Source: an uncultured Acidobacteriota bacterium
GTDB taxonomy: Bacteria; Acidobacteriota; Thermoanaerobaculia; UBA5066
Length of the DNA stretch: 64,000 nt
Reading direction: 5' to 3'
NCBI GenBank assembly: GCA_963721385.1
Contig: CAVRJB010000019.1
Coordinates: forward strand, 389,513 to 453,512
Shown in pieces: positions 23,592 through 34,200 of this stretch. The translations under genes and the position numbers were made by a program. The notes below the pieces were generated by a model, which saw only the letters and a program-made list of their open reading frames with translations, was not told the origin of the DNA and ran no database searches. Position 1 is the first letter of the stretch, and each line of letters opens with the position of its first letter.

Positions 23592-25031
23592 TTACTTCGT
23601 CTTGGCGGGAGCGGACTTCTTCGCCGCCGGCTTGGCCGGAGCCTCCGGAGCGGTGTAGCCGCCCGGCGTCGGGGCGATGACGCCGCGGGCGAAGGTGATC
23701 TCGACGCGCCGGTTCTGCGCGCGCCCGGCGGCCGTGGCGTTGTCTCCGACCGGGTTGGCCGGGCCGTAGCCGGCGTGGGCCATCCGGGCCGCGTCGATCT
23801 TCATCGTGATCAGGTAGTCGTAGACGCTCTTGGCGCGGTTCGCCGAGAGGACCTTGTTCGTCTCGGCCGAGCCGGTCGAGTCGGTGAAGCCCTCGACCCG
23901 GAGGTTCACGTCGGGGAGCATCAGGAGGACGCCCGACAGCTTGGCGAGCGACTCGCGCGCGCCCGGCTTCAGCGTCGCCTTGCCGACGTCGAAGAGGACG
24001 TCGCCGAGGTCCATGACGATGCCGCGGGCGCTCTCCCGGACGGTCATGATCTGGGAGAGGGCGCCGCCGAGCCGCGCCTCGAGCGCGTCGCGCTCGGCCT
24101 TGAGCGCGGCCTTGTCGGCCTCGAGCTTCCTCTTGTCGGCCGCGAGCTGATCCTTCTCCGCGGTCGTCACAGCGAGGCCGGTCTCGAGAGCGGCCTTCTC
24201 GGCGGCCTTGCGGGCGGCCTCTTCAGCCAGCATCCTCTCGTAATCATTCCGGACGGTGAGGCGGATCGCCTCGGCGGCCTGCGTCTCGGCGCGGGAGGCA
24301 TAGTCCCTCACGACGCTGCTGCTGCCGCCCTTGGCGCTCGAGTTCTGCGCCTGCTCCAGCGCCGTCTTCGCGGCGTTGAAGCTCGCGACCGCCCCAGGAT
24401 CGAGCTTGATGTTCCCGCCCAGTTCGACGAGCTTCCGGGCCTTCATCAGCTCGATCGGCTCGCCACCGGGGATGAACTTGAGGGTCTTGATCGAGGGGTT
24501 CCCCGGAAGGACGAGGCCCTGGTAGACGGCGTTGCCGAAGCGGCTGAAGGTGAAGGGCGTCGCCTTCGCCTCGGGCTTGTTCGGCATGCCGGACTTGAGG
24601 ACGACGAGCGTCGAGACCTGCGCGACGCCGGAGACCGGTTCCGCAGTGACCATCATCGCGAAGTTGCGCTGGCCGGTGGAGAACTTCTGCGAGCCCTTCG
24701 GGTCGACCACATTGAGGGCGCCGAGGTTCTCGAAGACGCCGTCCTTGGTGATCGCCCAGACCGAGTAGGTGGTGATGTCGCCCGCGAACATGATCGCCGG
24801 CTGCATCTCCTTGTAGCTGATCTCGATCTGGGACTGGCCGTTCTTGAACTCGACCTCGGCCGTGACCTTGGCGGCCGCCGGGCCGATCTCGGTGACGACG
24901 AACGGGACGTCGATCGACTTCCGCTCGGGGTAGAGGACGGAGGTGAGCTGGACGTCCGCCGCGGAGGCGACGGTGGCCGAAGCCAGCAGGACGAGGAGCG
25001 TCAGCGCTCCCATAAGGGTGATTCGTTTCAT
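23592..25031 (-). CDS. OmpA-family protein, a paralog of 22035-23489 with the same four-part architecture
   Basis: Start chosen at ATG 25031 (MKRITLMGALTLLVLLASATVASA) with AAAGGAA upstream. LRVEGFTDSTGSAETNKVLSANRAKSVYDYL...NRRVEITF. The N-terminal domain aligns by eye with its neighbour (e.g. MQPAIMFAGDITTYSVWAITKDGVFENLG vs LQPALLFGGDVTTYVLWAVTRDGLVENLG). Confidence 0.85.
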   Translation of the reverse strand: MKRITLMGALTLLVLLASATVASAADVQLTSVLYPERKSIDVPFVVTEIGPAAAKVTAEVEFKNGQSQIEISYKEMQPAIMFAGDITTYSVWAITKDGVFENLGALNVVDPKGSQKFSTGQRNFAMMVTAEPVSGVAQVSTLVVLKSGMPNKPEAKATPFTFSRFGNAVYQGLVLPGNPSIKTLKFIPGGEPIELMKARKLVELGGNIKLDPGAVASFNAAKTALEQAQNSSAKGGSSSVVRDYASRAETQAAEAIRLTVRNDYERMLAEEAARKAAEKAALETGLAVTTAEKDQLAADKRKLEADKAALKAERDALEARLGGALSQIMTVRESARGIVMDLGDVLFDVGKATLKPGARESLAKLSGVLLMLPDVNLRVEGFTDSTGSAETNKVLSANRAKSVYDYLITMKIDAARMAHAGYGPANPVGDNATAAGRAQNRRVEITFARGVIAPTPGGYTAPEAPAKPAAKKSAPAKTK

Positions 25032-25183
25032 CGGGATTCCTTTCTGTTGGGGAAAGGGCATGGGAATGCCCCTCGATTCAGGTCGAAGACCGCAGGGAGT
25101 CTAGCGCAACCCCTCTCCGCTGTCAGCCGCCGGCCGGATCTTCGGGATGTCGGGCCCTTTTCGGGGACGAACGCCGATCCGGG

Positions 25184-27112
<1,929 letters not shown>

Positions 27113-27154
27113 GGTCTCTCCCGCTCTCTTATACGCCCGGACCGGCCCGCCGGT

Positions 27155-27718
27155 TCAGCCACGGCGTCCGCCGGAGCCCTCGCCGGCCTCGAAGGGCGCC
27201 TCGCCCTCGGTCCGAACCTGCGCGATGAACGGCAGGTTTCCCCCCTCGCCCTGGTACTCCATCCCGTAGCCGACGAGGATTCCCTCCTCGGACGGGAAGA
27301 GGACGTAGTCGACGAGGAGCGAGCTCTTCCTCTCCTGCGGACGGTCCACGACCGCCGCGAAACGGATGGAGCGCGGCTGTAGCTCCTTGAGCTGGTTCAT
27401 CAGGTAGGTCTCGATGACGCCACTTCGCGTCACGTCCTTCAGGATGATGACGTTGGCGTCCCGGACGTTGAAGGAGGCGATGAAGTCGAGGTTCGTGATC
27501 TCCTCGTCGTCCCCCTTCCTGATGACGTCGATGTACTCGATTCGGAGCGGCTTCGGGATCGCCCGGCCAAGGTCGGCCACAAAAAAGCCGGCCCCCTTCA
27601 GGATGGCGATCAGGACGATCGGGCCGTTTCGGTAATCGAACGCGATCCGGCGCCCGATGTCCGCGATCCGGCGGGCGATGTCGCCCGGCAGATAGCGCTC
27701 GTCGTATGCCAGCGTCAC
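27155..27718 (-). CDS. hpt: hypoxanthine phosphoribosyltransferase homologue with a divergent PRPP-binding motif
   Basis: GTG start overlaps the tilS stop (GTGA). Overall HPRT layout: LIAILKGAGFFVADL, VGYGMEY, LPFIAQV. The PRPP loop reads VIILKDVTRSGVIET rather than the usual hhhhEDIxD(S/T)GxT. Confidence 0.75.
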   Translation of the reverse strand: MTLAYDERYLPGDIARRIADIGRRIAFDYRNGPIVLIAILKGAGFFVADLGRAIPKPLRIEYIDVIRKGDDEEITNLDFIASFNVRDANVIILKDVTRSGVIETYLMNQLKELQPRSIRFAAVVDRPQERKSSLLVDYVLFPSEEGILVGYGMEYQGEGGNLPFIAQVRTEGEAPFEAGEGSGGRRG

Positions 27719-28716
27719 GTTTCGAGTCTATCAGGCGAGATCGGGCGCGCGGGCCGGCGCCGGGCGAGGCGGACGACCCTGGAATCGGCCGACAGGCGCC
27801 GCCCGGCGAGGCTTTCCGCCCAGGAGACGTCGCCCCGGAAGAGCCGCCGGACGGCTTTCTCCACCTGCCGCCGCCCGGGCACCGCGCCTGCGGCTCCGAC
27901 CGCCCGGAGGAGGAGCCTTCCCGCGGCTTCCTCGCCGAGGGAGACGACGAGGAGACGGGGCCAGGGCCCCTCGAGCGGGACGCCAGCCCCGGCGAGCGCT
28001 GCGTCGATCCTCCCGTCGAGGGTCGCGATTCGGGCGGACCAGGCTTCGCCGGCCCGGGCGAGGCGGGCCGCGGTCCCCGGTGACCCGGCCTCGAGAGCGG
28101 GAATCTCCCGCCGCCGGATCCGGTTCCTGAGGAGCGCCTCGTTCTCGTTCGTCTCGTCCTCGCGCCAGGCGATCCCGCGGGAGGAGAGGAAGGCGCGGAG
28201 CTCGGCCCGCCCGAAGGAGAGGAGAGGGCGGACGACGCCGTCCGCCCGGTGCGCCCGGATCCCGCCGCGCGTCCGGCCCGCGTGCCGGTGGAGATTCAGG
28301 AGAACGGTCTCGGCCTGGTCGTCGGCCGTGTGCCCGGTGGCGACGCGGGTGCCCGGGCCGATTTCACGCGCCAGAGCGAGGAGCGCCGCGTAGCGCTCCC
28401 GGCGGGCCGCGGCCTCGAGGCTCTCTCCGGGCCGTCGCCGCCCCTTCACGTCGACCGGGCGGAGCGCGAAAGGGACGCCGAGCCCGGCGGCGAGCCGCGC
28501 GGCGAGAAGCGCGTCGCGCTCGCCGGATTCGCCCCGGAGGCCGTGCGCCACGTGAGCCGCGACGACGGGCAGGCCGCGAGGCGCCGCCCAGGTGTCGAGG
28601 AGCACGAGGAGCGCGACCGAGTCCCCGCCTCCGGAGCACGCCACGACGACGCACGGCGCGCCGTCGAGAAGGCGCGACGCGTCGAGATGCCGGGCGAACT
28701 GTTCGGGAAGGCCCAT
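27715..28716 (-). CDS. tilS: tRNA(Ile)-lysidine synthetase
   Basis: PP-loop VVVACSGGGDSVALL. HTADDQAETVLLNLHR. Start chosen at ATG 28716, because the track's 28779 start would overlap the tRNA gene. Confidence 0.9.
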   Translation of the reverse strand: MGLPEQFARHLDASRLLDGAPCVVVACSGGGDSVALLVLLDTWAAPRGLPVVAAHVAHGLRGESGERDALLAARLAAGLGVPFALRPVDVKGRRRPGESLEAAARRERYAALLALAREIGPGTRVATGHTADDQAETVLLNLHRHAGRTRGGIRAHRADGVVRPLLSFGRAELRAFLSSRGIAWREDETNENEALLRNRIRRREIPALEAGSPGTAARLARAGEAWSARIATLDGRIDAALAGAGVPLEGPWPRLLVVSLGEEAAGRLLLRAVGAAGAVPGRRQVEKAVRRLFRGDVSWAESLAGRRLSADSRVVRLARRRPARPISPDRLET

Positions 28717-28746
28717 CGGGAAGAGCTTAAACGGGCGGGAGAAGTC

Positions 28747-28822
28747 TGGTGGCGGTGGGCGGATTCGAACCGCCGACACGGGGCTTATGAGACCCCTGCA
28801 ACTACCACTGTGCTACACCGCC
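28747..28822 (-). tRNA. tRNA with anticodon CAT (elongator Met or lysidine-modified Ile2), with encoded CCA
   Basis: Manual fold of the minus strand: acceptor GGCGGUG/CACCGCC, D-arm GCAC..UUGC, anticodon stem GGGGU/GCCCC with loop CUCAUAA, 5-nt variable loop, T-arm GGCGG-UUCGAAU-CCGCC, discriminator A, CCA. 76 nt. G1-C72 is paired, so it is not an initiator. Confidence 0.9.
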
Positions 28823-28880
28823 AAAGGGACGCACGGGGGCCGCGCGCGGGGCGACATGCTAGCAGCTTTATCATGGGGTC

Positions 28881-29120
28881 ATGGTCCTGAACCGCCCGGA
28901 CAACCCCGGGCCACCGATCGCGACGAAGACCTGCCAGCGCTGCGGCGCGGAGGTCGAGGAGAAGCGCGTCTACCGCTGTCCCTGGTGCTTCAAAGAGTTC
29001 TGCCACGCCTGCCGCTACCCGCGCGGCAGCGCCGACTTCTGCAGCCGCGCCTGCTCCGAGGCGATGTTCCACGGAGGGGACGACGAGGAGTCGCCCGAGG
29101 ACGAGAAGGACATCGGCTGA
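28881..29120 (+). CDS. small Cys-rich (zinc-ribbon-like) protein with an acidic tail, 79 aa
   Basis: Cys pairs at CQRC, CPWC, CHAC and CSRAC. Third codon positions are GC-rich, as in neighbouring genes. I recognise no family. Confidence 0.55.
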   Translation: MVLNRPDNPGPPIATKTCQRCGAEVEEKRVYRCPWCFKEFCHACRYPRGSADFCSRACSEAMFHGGDDEESPEDEKDIG

Positions 29121-29145
29121 GCCGCCCGGCCGGGATCGATGGCGC

Positions 29146-30582
29146 TCAGCGGCTCTCGCGGTCGATGACGCGCTCGATAGCACGGCGGCAGACCGGGCAG
29201 AAACCAACTTCGTCACGCGTGAACATGATGCAGTCGGCCGCCGGCCGGTAGAGCCCCTTCGCCTCGTAGGAGGCTCCCTCGAACGCCCCGACCTTCCCGG
29301 ACCAGGCCGTCGACGAGAGGAGCTTCGTGTCGACGGCGAGCTGCTTCCGGAAGAGCTCGTCGATCTCCGCGGGCGTGGCTCCGGCGGCGATCCGCTTCTT
29401 CCTCTCGGCCTGAAAAGCGTGGCTCTCCTTCTCGAACGCCTCCTTGTCCCAGGGCGTCGGGAGCGGCGTCCCGTCCGCCACGAGATCGCGCCACTTGAGG
29501 CGCGCGGGGTCCTTGAGCGCGGTGACGTTCGGCTCCCACGGCTCGGCCCGCTCCGCCGCGCCGGTCTCGTAGGCCACGTCGGAGGTGTAGTACTCGTCGG
29601 CGAGGCCGGCGAAGTGGTGGCCGAATTCGTGGACGAAGACGTACTCGGCGAACGCGGTGTCGACGGCCGCCGTGGCCTGGAAGTTGGCGATGCCGCCGCC
29701 GCCGTAACGAGCTTCGTTGACGAGAATCTCGACGGCGTCGTACGGCGCCCCCGAGGCGGCTTCGCGGAGCGCCCGGTCCTCGTACGTCAGCACGTACCGC
29801 TCCGAGCCGAAGATGCCGTACTGGACGGAGAGCGGCGTCCGGCGGAAGACCTTCGAGTCAGGGCGGAAGACGCCGCTCTTCTCCGACGGCAGGAAGAGAA
29901 GCCGGACATTGAAGTCCGCCTTTCGCGAGCGGAACGGCTCGTACTTCTCGAAGAGGAGCCCGACGAGCCGCCGGGCATCCCCGACGAACTTGGCCTCCTC
30001 GGCGGCGCGGTAGCCCTCGGAGAGGACGAGGAGATCCACCTTCGTGGCTGGCGGGCCGTTCACGAAAAGCGGGATCACCTTTCCCTCGGCCGCGCGCGGG
30101 GCCGGGTTGACTCTCCACGAGGCGGGATCGAGGCGCATCGACCAGATCTGCCGGAAGAGGTTCTCGCGGTCGCGGCGCTTGAGGACGACCTGCACGGGTC
30201 GGGCAGGCCACGGGAAGCGGAGCGACTCCGGAAAGGTCCGAGAGACCCGCTTCGCCTCGTCGGTCGTCTCCCATTCGCCGAAGATCGAGGAGTACCCGCG
30301 CGAGAAGAGGACGCGGTTCGTTTCCGGGTCGACGATCTCGAACAGGAACGCGCCGAGGTTCAGCTCGTCGACGAGGCGCGTCCGGCTCCCGGGCCACTCG
30401 CCGTCGTCCACGGCGCGGTCAAACGCCACGACCTCGCCTCCGGGGCCACCCGTGTGGAAGAGGTCGACGCGCATCGTCCGCGGCGTGAACGCCGCGTCGA
30501 ACGGAGAGGGGATCGGCGAGGCGGCGAGGAGGGCCAGGGAGAGGAGCGCGAGGGAAGCGGGGACGAGACGTGTCACGGACAT
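29146..30582 (-). CDS. secreted M64-family (IgA-peptidase-like) zinc metallopeptidase
   Basis: Signal peptide LVPASLALLSLALLAASP. HEFGHHFAGLADEY matches the M64 signature. Confidence 0.85.
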   Translation of the reverse strand: MSVTRLVPASLALLSLALLAASPIPSPFDAAFTPRTMRVDLFHTGGPGGEVVAFDRAVDDGEWPGSRTRLVDELNLGAFLFEIVDPETNRVLFSRGYSSIFGEWETTDEAKRVSRTFPESLRFPWPARPVQVVLKRRDRENLFRQIWSMRLDPASWRVNPAPRAAEGKVIPLFVNGPPATKVDLLVLSEGYRAAEEAKFVGDARRLVGLLFEKYEPFRSRKADFNVRLLFLPSEKSGVFRPDSKVFRRTPLSVQYGIFGSERYVLTYEDRALREAASGAPYDAVEILVNEARYGGGGIANFQATAAVDTAFAEYVFVHEFGHHFAGLADEYYTSDVAYETGAAERAEPWEPNVTALKDPARLKWRDLVADGTPLPTPWDKEAFEKESHAFQAERKKRIAAGATPAEIDELFRKQLAVDTKLLSSTAWSGKVGAFEGASYEAKGLYRPAADCIMFTRDEVGFCPVCRRAIERVIDRESR

Positions 30583-30599
30583 GCGACGATTATCGGACC

Positions 30600-31163
30600 G
30601 TGCGGGCGTTTCTGGCGGTCCCGGTCGGCGACGAGGAGGCGCTCCGTCGCCTTCGCGAGTGGCTCGCCCGGCTGGAAGGGACCCCGGGCCTCCGGCCGGT
30701 CCCGGCGCACCAGCTCCACTTCACGCTGAAGTTCTTCGAGGAGCTGCCGGCGGACCGCGTGGCCGCGGCGAAGGAGGCCGCGGCTCGCGCGGTGGCCTCC
30801 GTCCCCTCGTTCTCGCTGGATCTCGCCGGCCTCGGTGTCTTTCCGCCGCGCGGCCCGGCGCGCGTCCTCTGGATCGGCTGCGCTGCCGGAGGCGCTGCGC
30901 TCGTTTCGCTGGCCTCGGCGGTCGAACGGGAATTCACGTTCGAGGGATTTTCCCCGGAAGCCCGTCCCTTTTCACCCCACCTGACCCTCGCGCGCGCGAA
31001 AGACCCGCGCGCCGGGCGCGCAGCGGTCGATTTCGCCTCCGCGAACGCTGATTTCGACGGCGGCGTGCTCAGCGTCAAGGAACTGGTCCTCTACGGCTCG
31101 GTCCTCGGTTCTTCAGGAGCCCTTCACACTCCTCTCGCACGTTTTCCCCTCGCTGGCTCTTGA
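30600..31163 (+). CDS. thpR: RNA 2',3'-cyclic phosphodiesterase (2H family, ThpR/LigT)
   Basis: Two HxT/S motifs (HFTLKFF, HLTLAR). GTG 30600 (VRAFLAVPV) is preferred because the ATG at 30570 would overlap the divergent M64 start. Confidence 0.85.
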   Translation: MRAFLAVPVGDEEALRRLREWLARLEGTPGLRPVPAHQLHFTLKFFEELPADRVAAAKEAAARAVASVPSFSLDLAGLGVFPPRGPARVLWIGCAAGGAALVSLASAVEREFTFEGFSPEARPFSPHLTLARAKDPRAGRAAVDFASANADFDGGVLSVKELVLYGSVLGSSGALHTPLARFPLAGS

Positions 31164-31249
31164 CACGGCTTTGGTCGTACGATGAGCACAGCTTTTGACC
31201 CCTTTTTCGGGTCCCTCTCGGGCTGCCAGGGAGGGACAGGGGAGAGCCG

Positions 31250-34200
31250 ATGAAACGGGAACGTCGGAACGCCTCGATCGCCGCGGCCTCTCTCGCCGCC
31301 GTCTTCGCGGCCTGCCTCTCCGTTCAGGCTGCCGACGGAGCCTGGGACCGGCCTCCGATGTCCTTCGAGCCGAACGTCGGGCAGTTTCCCGCCGAGGTGA
31401 AGTTCTTCACGCGCGGACCCGGTTACCAGCTCTTCCTGACGCCGACGGAAGCGGTCTTCTCGTTCGTCGGGGCAGAGCGGAAAACCCGCGTCGTCCGGAT
31501 GAGAATCGAGGGCGCGAACCCGCGGACGAGAATCGTCGGGGAAGACCCGCTGCCGGGGAAAGTGCACTACATCGTCGGCAACGACCCGAAGAAGTGGCGG
31601 ACCGACATCCCGACCTTCCGAAGAGTCCGCTTCGAGAACGTCTACCCGGGAATCCACCTCGTCTACTACGGGAACGAGAGCGGCCTGCTCGAGTACGACT
31701 TTCTCCTCCGGCCCGGCGCGGACCCGTCGGCGCCCCGGGTCTCGTTCCGGGGACTTGGCCGGGTCAGAGAGAGTCCGGCAGGCGACCTCGTGGCCCACGC
31801 CCCGGCGGGCTCGTTCAGCCTCAGGAAGCCGGTCGCCTGGCAGGAGTCGGGTGGGGTCCGGACGGAGACGGCCGTCGCGTACCGGGCCGCCGGGAATTCG
31901 GCCTTCGGGTTCGACGTCCCGTTCTTCGACGGCTCGAGACCGCTCGTCATCGACCCGACGCTCGACTTCTCGACCTATCTCGGCGGAACCGGAACGGACG
32001 GGGTGAGGGACGTCGCGGTCGACGGCGCCGGCAACGCCTACGCGGCCGGCGACACGCCGGGCCGGGGCTTTCCGATCGCCGGCGGGCTCGGGATCGGGAG
32101 CGACGGCATTCACTACAAGGTCTTCGTCTCGAAGTTCACTCCGAACGGAAGCCTCCTCTTCTCGACCTTCTTCGGCGGCTCACTGGACGAGCTGAGCCCG
32201 CGGATCGCGGTCGACTCCCAGTCCAGCGTCTATCTCTGCGGCCAGACCTTCTCCTCCGACATCCCGCTCGTGAACCCCTACCAGTCGTCGCGGCCGGGCG
32301 GCGGCACGAGCCACGTGCCGTTCGTGGCGAAGATCAACGCCTCCGGGAACGCGATCGTCTATTCGACGTTCCTTTCCGGAAGCAACCCGGCGTCGGATCC
32401 GAGGGCGATTGCGGTCGACTCCTCCGGCAGCGCGACCGTCGCCGGCACGACCGACGACCCGACTTTCCCGCGGCTGAACTCGCTGCAGGCGGCCTGCGGA
32501 GGCGGCCTCTTCGTGACGCGATTCAATCCGGCCGGCAACACGCTCGCTTTCTCGTCCTGCATTGCGGGCGGGAGCCCGGTTCCGGCCGCCGTCGCCGTCG
32601 AATCGTCGGGCGCCACGTGGGTCGTCGGCTCGGTCTTCGACCCCGGCTCGGCCGCCTTTCCGCTTCAGAACCCGACGCAGGCGACTTACGGCGGCGGGGC
32701 CCTCGACGCGTTCGTTCTGAAGCTCGGATCGGCCGGAAACACCCTTCTCTTCTCGACGTACCTCGGCGGCGGCACCGTCGACGCCGCCACGAGCGTCTCC
32801 CTCGACTCGGGTGACAACGCCTACGTCGGCGGGACGGCAGGCACCGGTTTTCCCGCGAGTGCCCTCTACCCGGCGCTCCCGGGGAATGCGTTCGTGGCGA
32901 AGTACACCTCGGTGGGAAGCGACGTCTGGGCGGTCATCGCCCCGGTCTTCAGCGACTTCTTTGTTCGTGTGGCGGTCGACGGGTCGGGGCGGGCGCACGT
33001 GGTCGGGACGGCGCCGGCCGGCTTCCCGCTCGTCAACCCGGTCCTCGACACGGACTTCGGCAACACGCCGCTCGGCGTTCTGCGTCTCTCGCCCTCGGGC
33101 GGCGCCATCGAGTTCTCGACGCGGCTCGCCGGCACCGCCCTGCCGGTCGCCTCGCTGAGCGCCACGGGAATCGCGGTCGACCCGGGCGGCGCGATCGTGG
33201 TCGGCGGCACGACGACCCAGCAGGGGTTCCCGGTCAAGAACGCGGTGGGCGGCTCACTCGCGGGCTCCTCCGACGGCTTCGTGACCCGGATGGACCCGGA
33301 GGCCGGGCCGACGGTCACCGGAACGCTTCCCGGCTCCGGGCCGTCGCTCGGCGGATCGTCGATCACGGTCACGGGCAACGGATTCCAGCCCGGGGCGAGC
33401 GTCACGCTTGGCGGGTCGGTCGCCTCGACGGTCGGCGTCACGTCGAACGCCATCACCGCGGTGACGGGCCCGCATGCGGCGGGGACCGTGGCGGTCCGGG
33501 TGGACAACCCCGACGGATCGGCGGCCGAGCTGGCGAACGGCTTCACGTACCTCTGCGGGTCCACGGCCCCGACGGCGACCGTGAGCGGATCGACGACGAT
33601 CTGCTCCGGTGACACGGCAAGCCTCGCGGCGGCCCTGTCGGGAACCGGCCCCTGGACGCTCACCTGGTCCGATGGCGTCGTCCAGAGCGGCATCGTCTCG
33701 AGCCCCGCGACACGAAGCGTCAACCCCGCCGCGACGACGGTGTACGGCGTGACGACCGTCGTCGACCAGAACTGCGCCGGCGCGGGAAGCGGGGGCGCCA
33801 CGGTCTCTGTCGTCCTCCGGCCGTCCGCGGCGATCACCGCCCCGGCGGCCGCCTGTGTCGGCGCCACCGGCCTTCCGGCCTCGGTCCCGGACGCGGGGGC
33901 CGGGGTGACGTACGCCTGGACGATCACGAACGGCACGATCACGTCCGGGGCCGGGACGTACGCCATCACGTTCTCGGCCGGCGCGACCTCGCCGCTCCAG
34001 CTCGCCGTGACGGTTTCGAACGGCGCCTGCTCGTCGGCGTCGTCCGCGAGCCTCCCGGTCACGCCGGCGCCCACCGCCGTCGTGACGGGCGGCGGCACCG
34101 TCTGCGCCGGCCAGCCGGCCGCGATCACGGTCGCCCTGACGGGCGCGCCGCCCTGGACGCTCAGGTGGAGCGACGGCCTCCTCGAAAGCGGCGTCGGGAC

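Noticed and set aside
27715-28779. Longer tilS ORF starting at 28779
   Set aside because: That start would overlap the tRNA gene (28747-28822) on the same strand. ATG 28716 precedes the PP-loop domain at a normal distance.
28747-28822. Initiator tRNA-fMet identity for the CAT tRNA
   Set aside because: Positions 1-72 are a G-C pair, whereas bacterial initiators have a mismatch. Position 11-24 is C-G. The third pair next to the anticodon loop is U-G rather than the G-C of the initiator's three consecutive G-C pairs.
31160-31249. TTGACA hexamer (31160-31165) and a GACCCC-ttttt-CGGGTC hairpin upstream of the giant gene, as a possible promoter, terminator or riboswitch
   Set aside because: No acceptable -10 hexamer lies at 16-18 nt spacing (TGAGCA at 17 nt; TACGAT at only 12 nt). 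The hairpin is short and imperfect and lacks a U-tract. The 86-nt leader is too short, and I recognise no riboswitch class in it.
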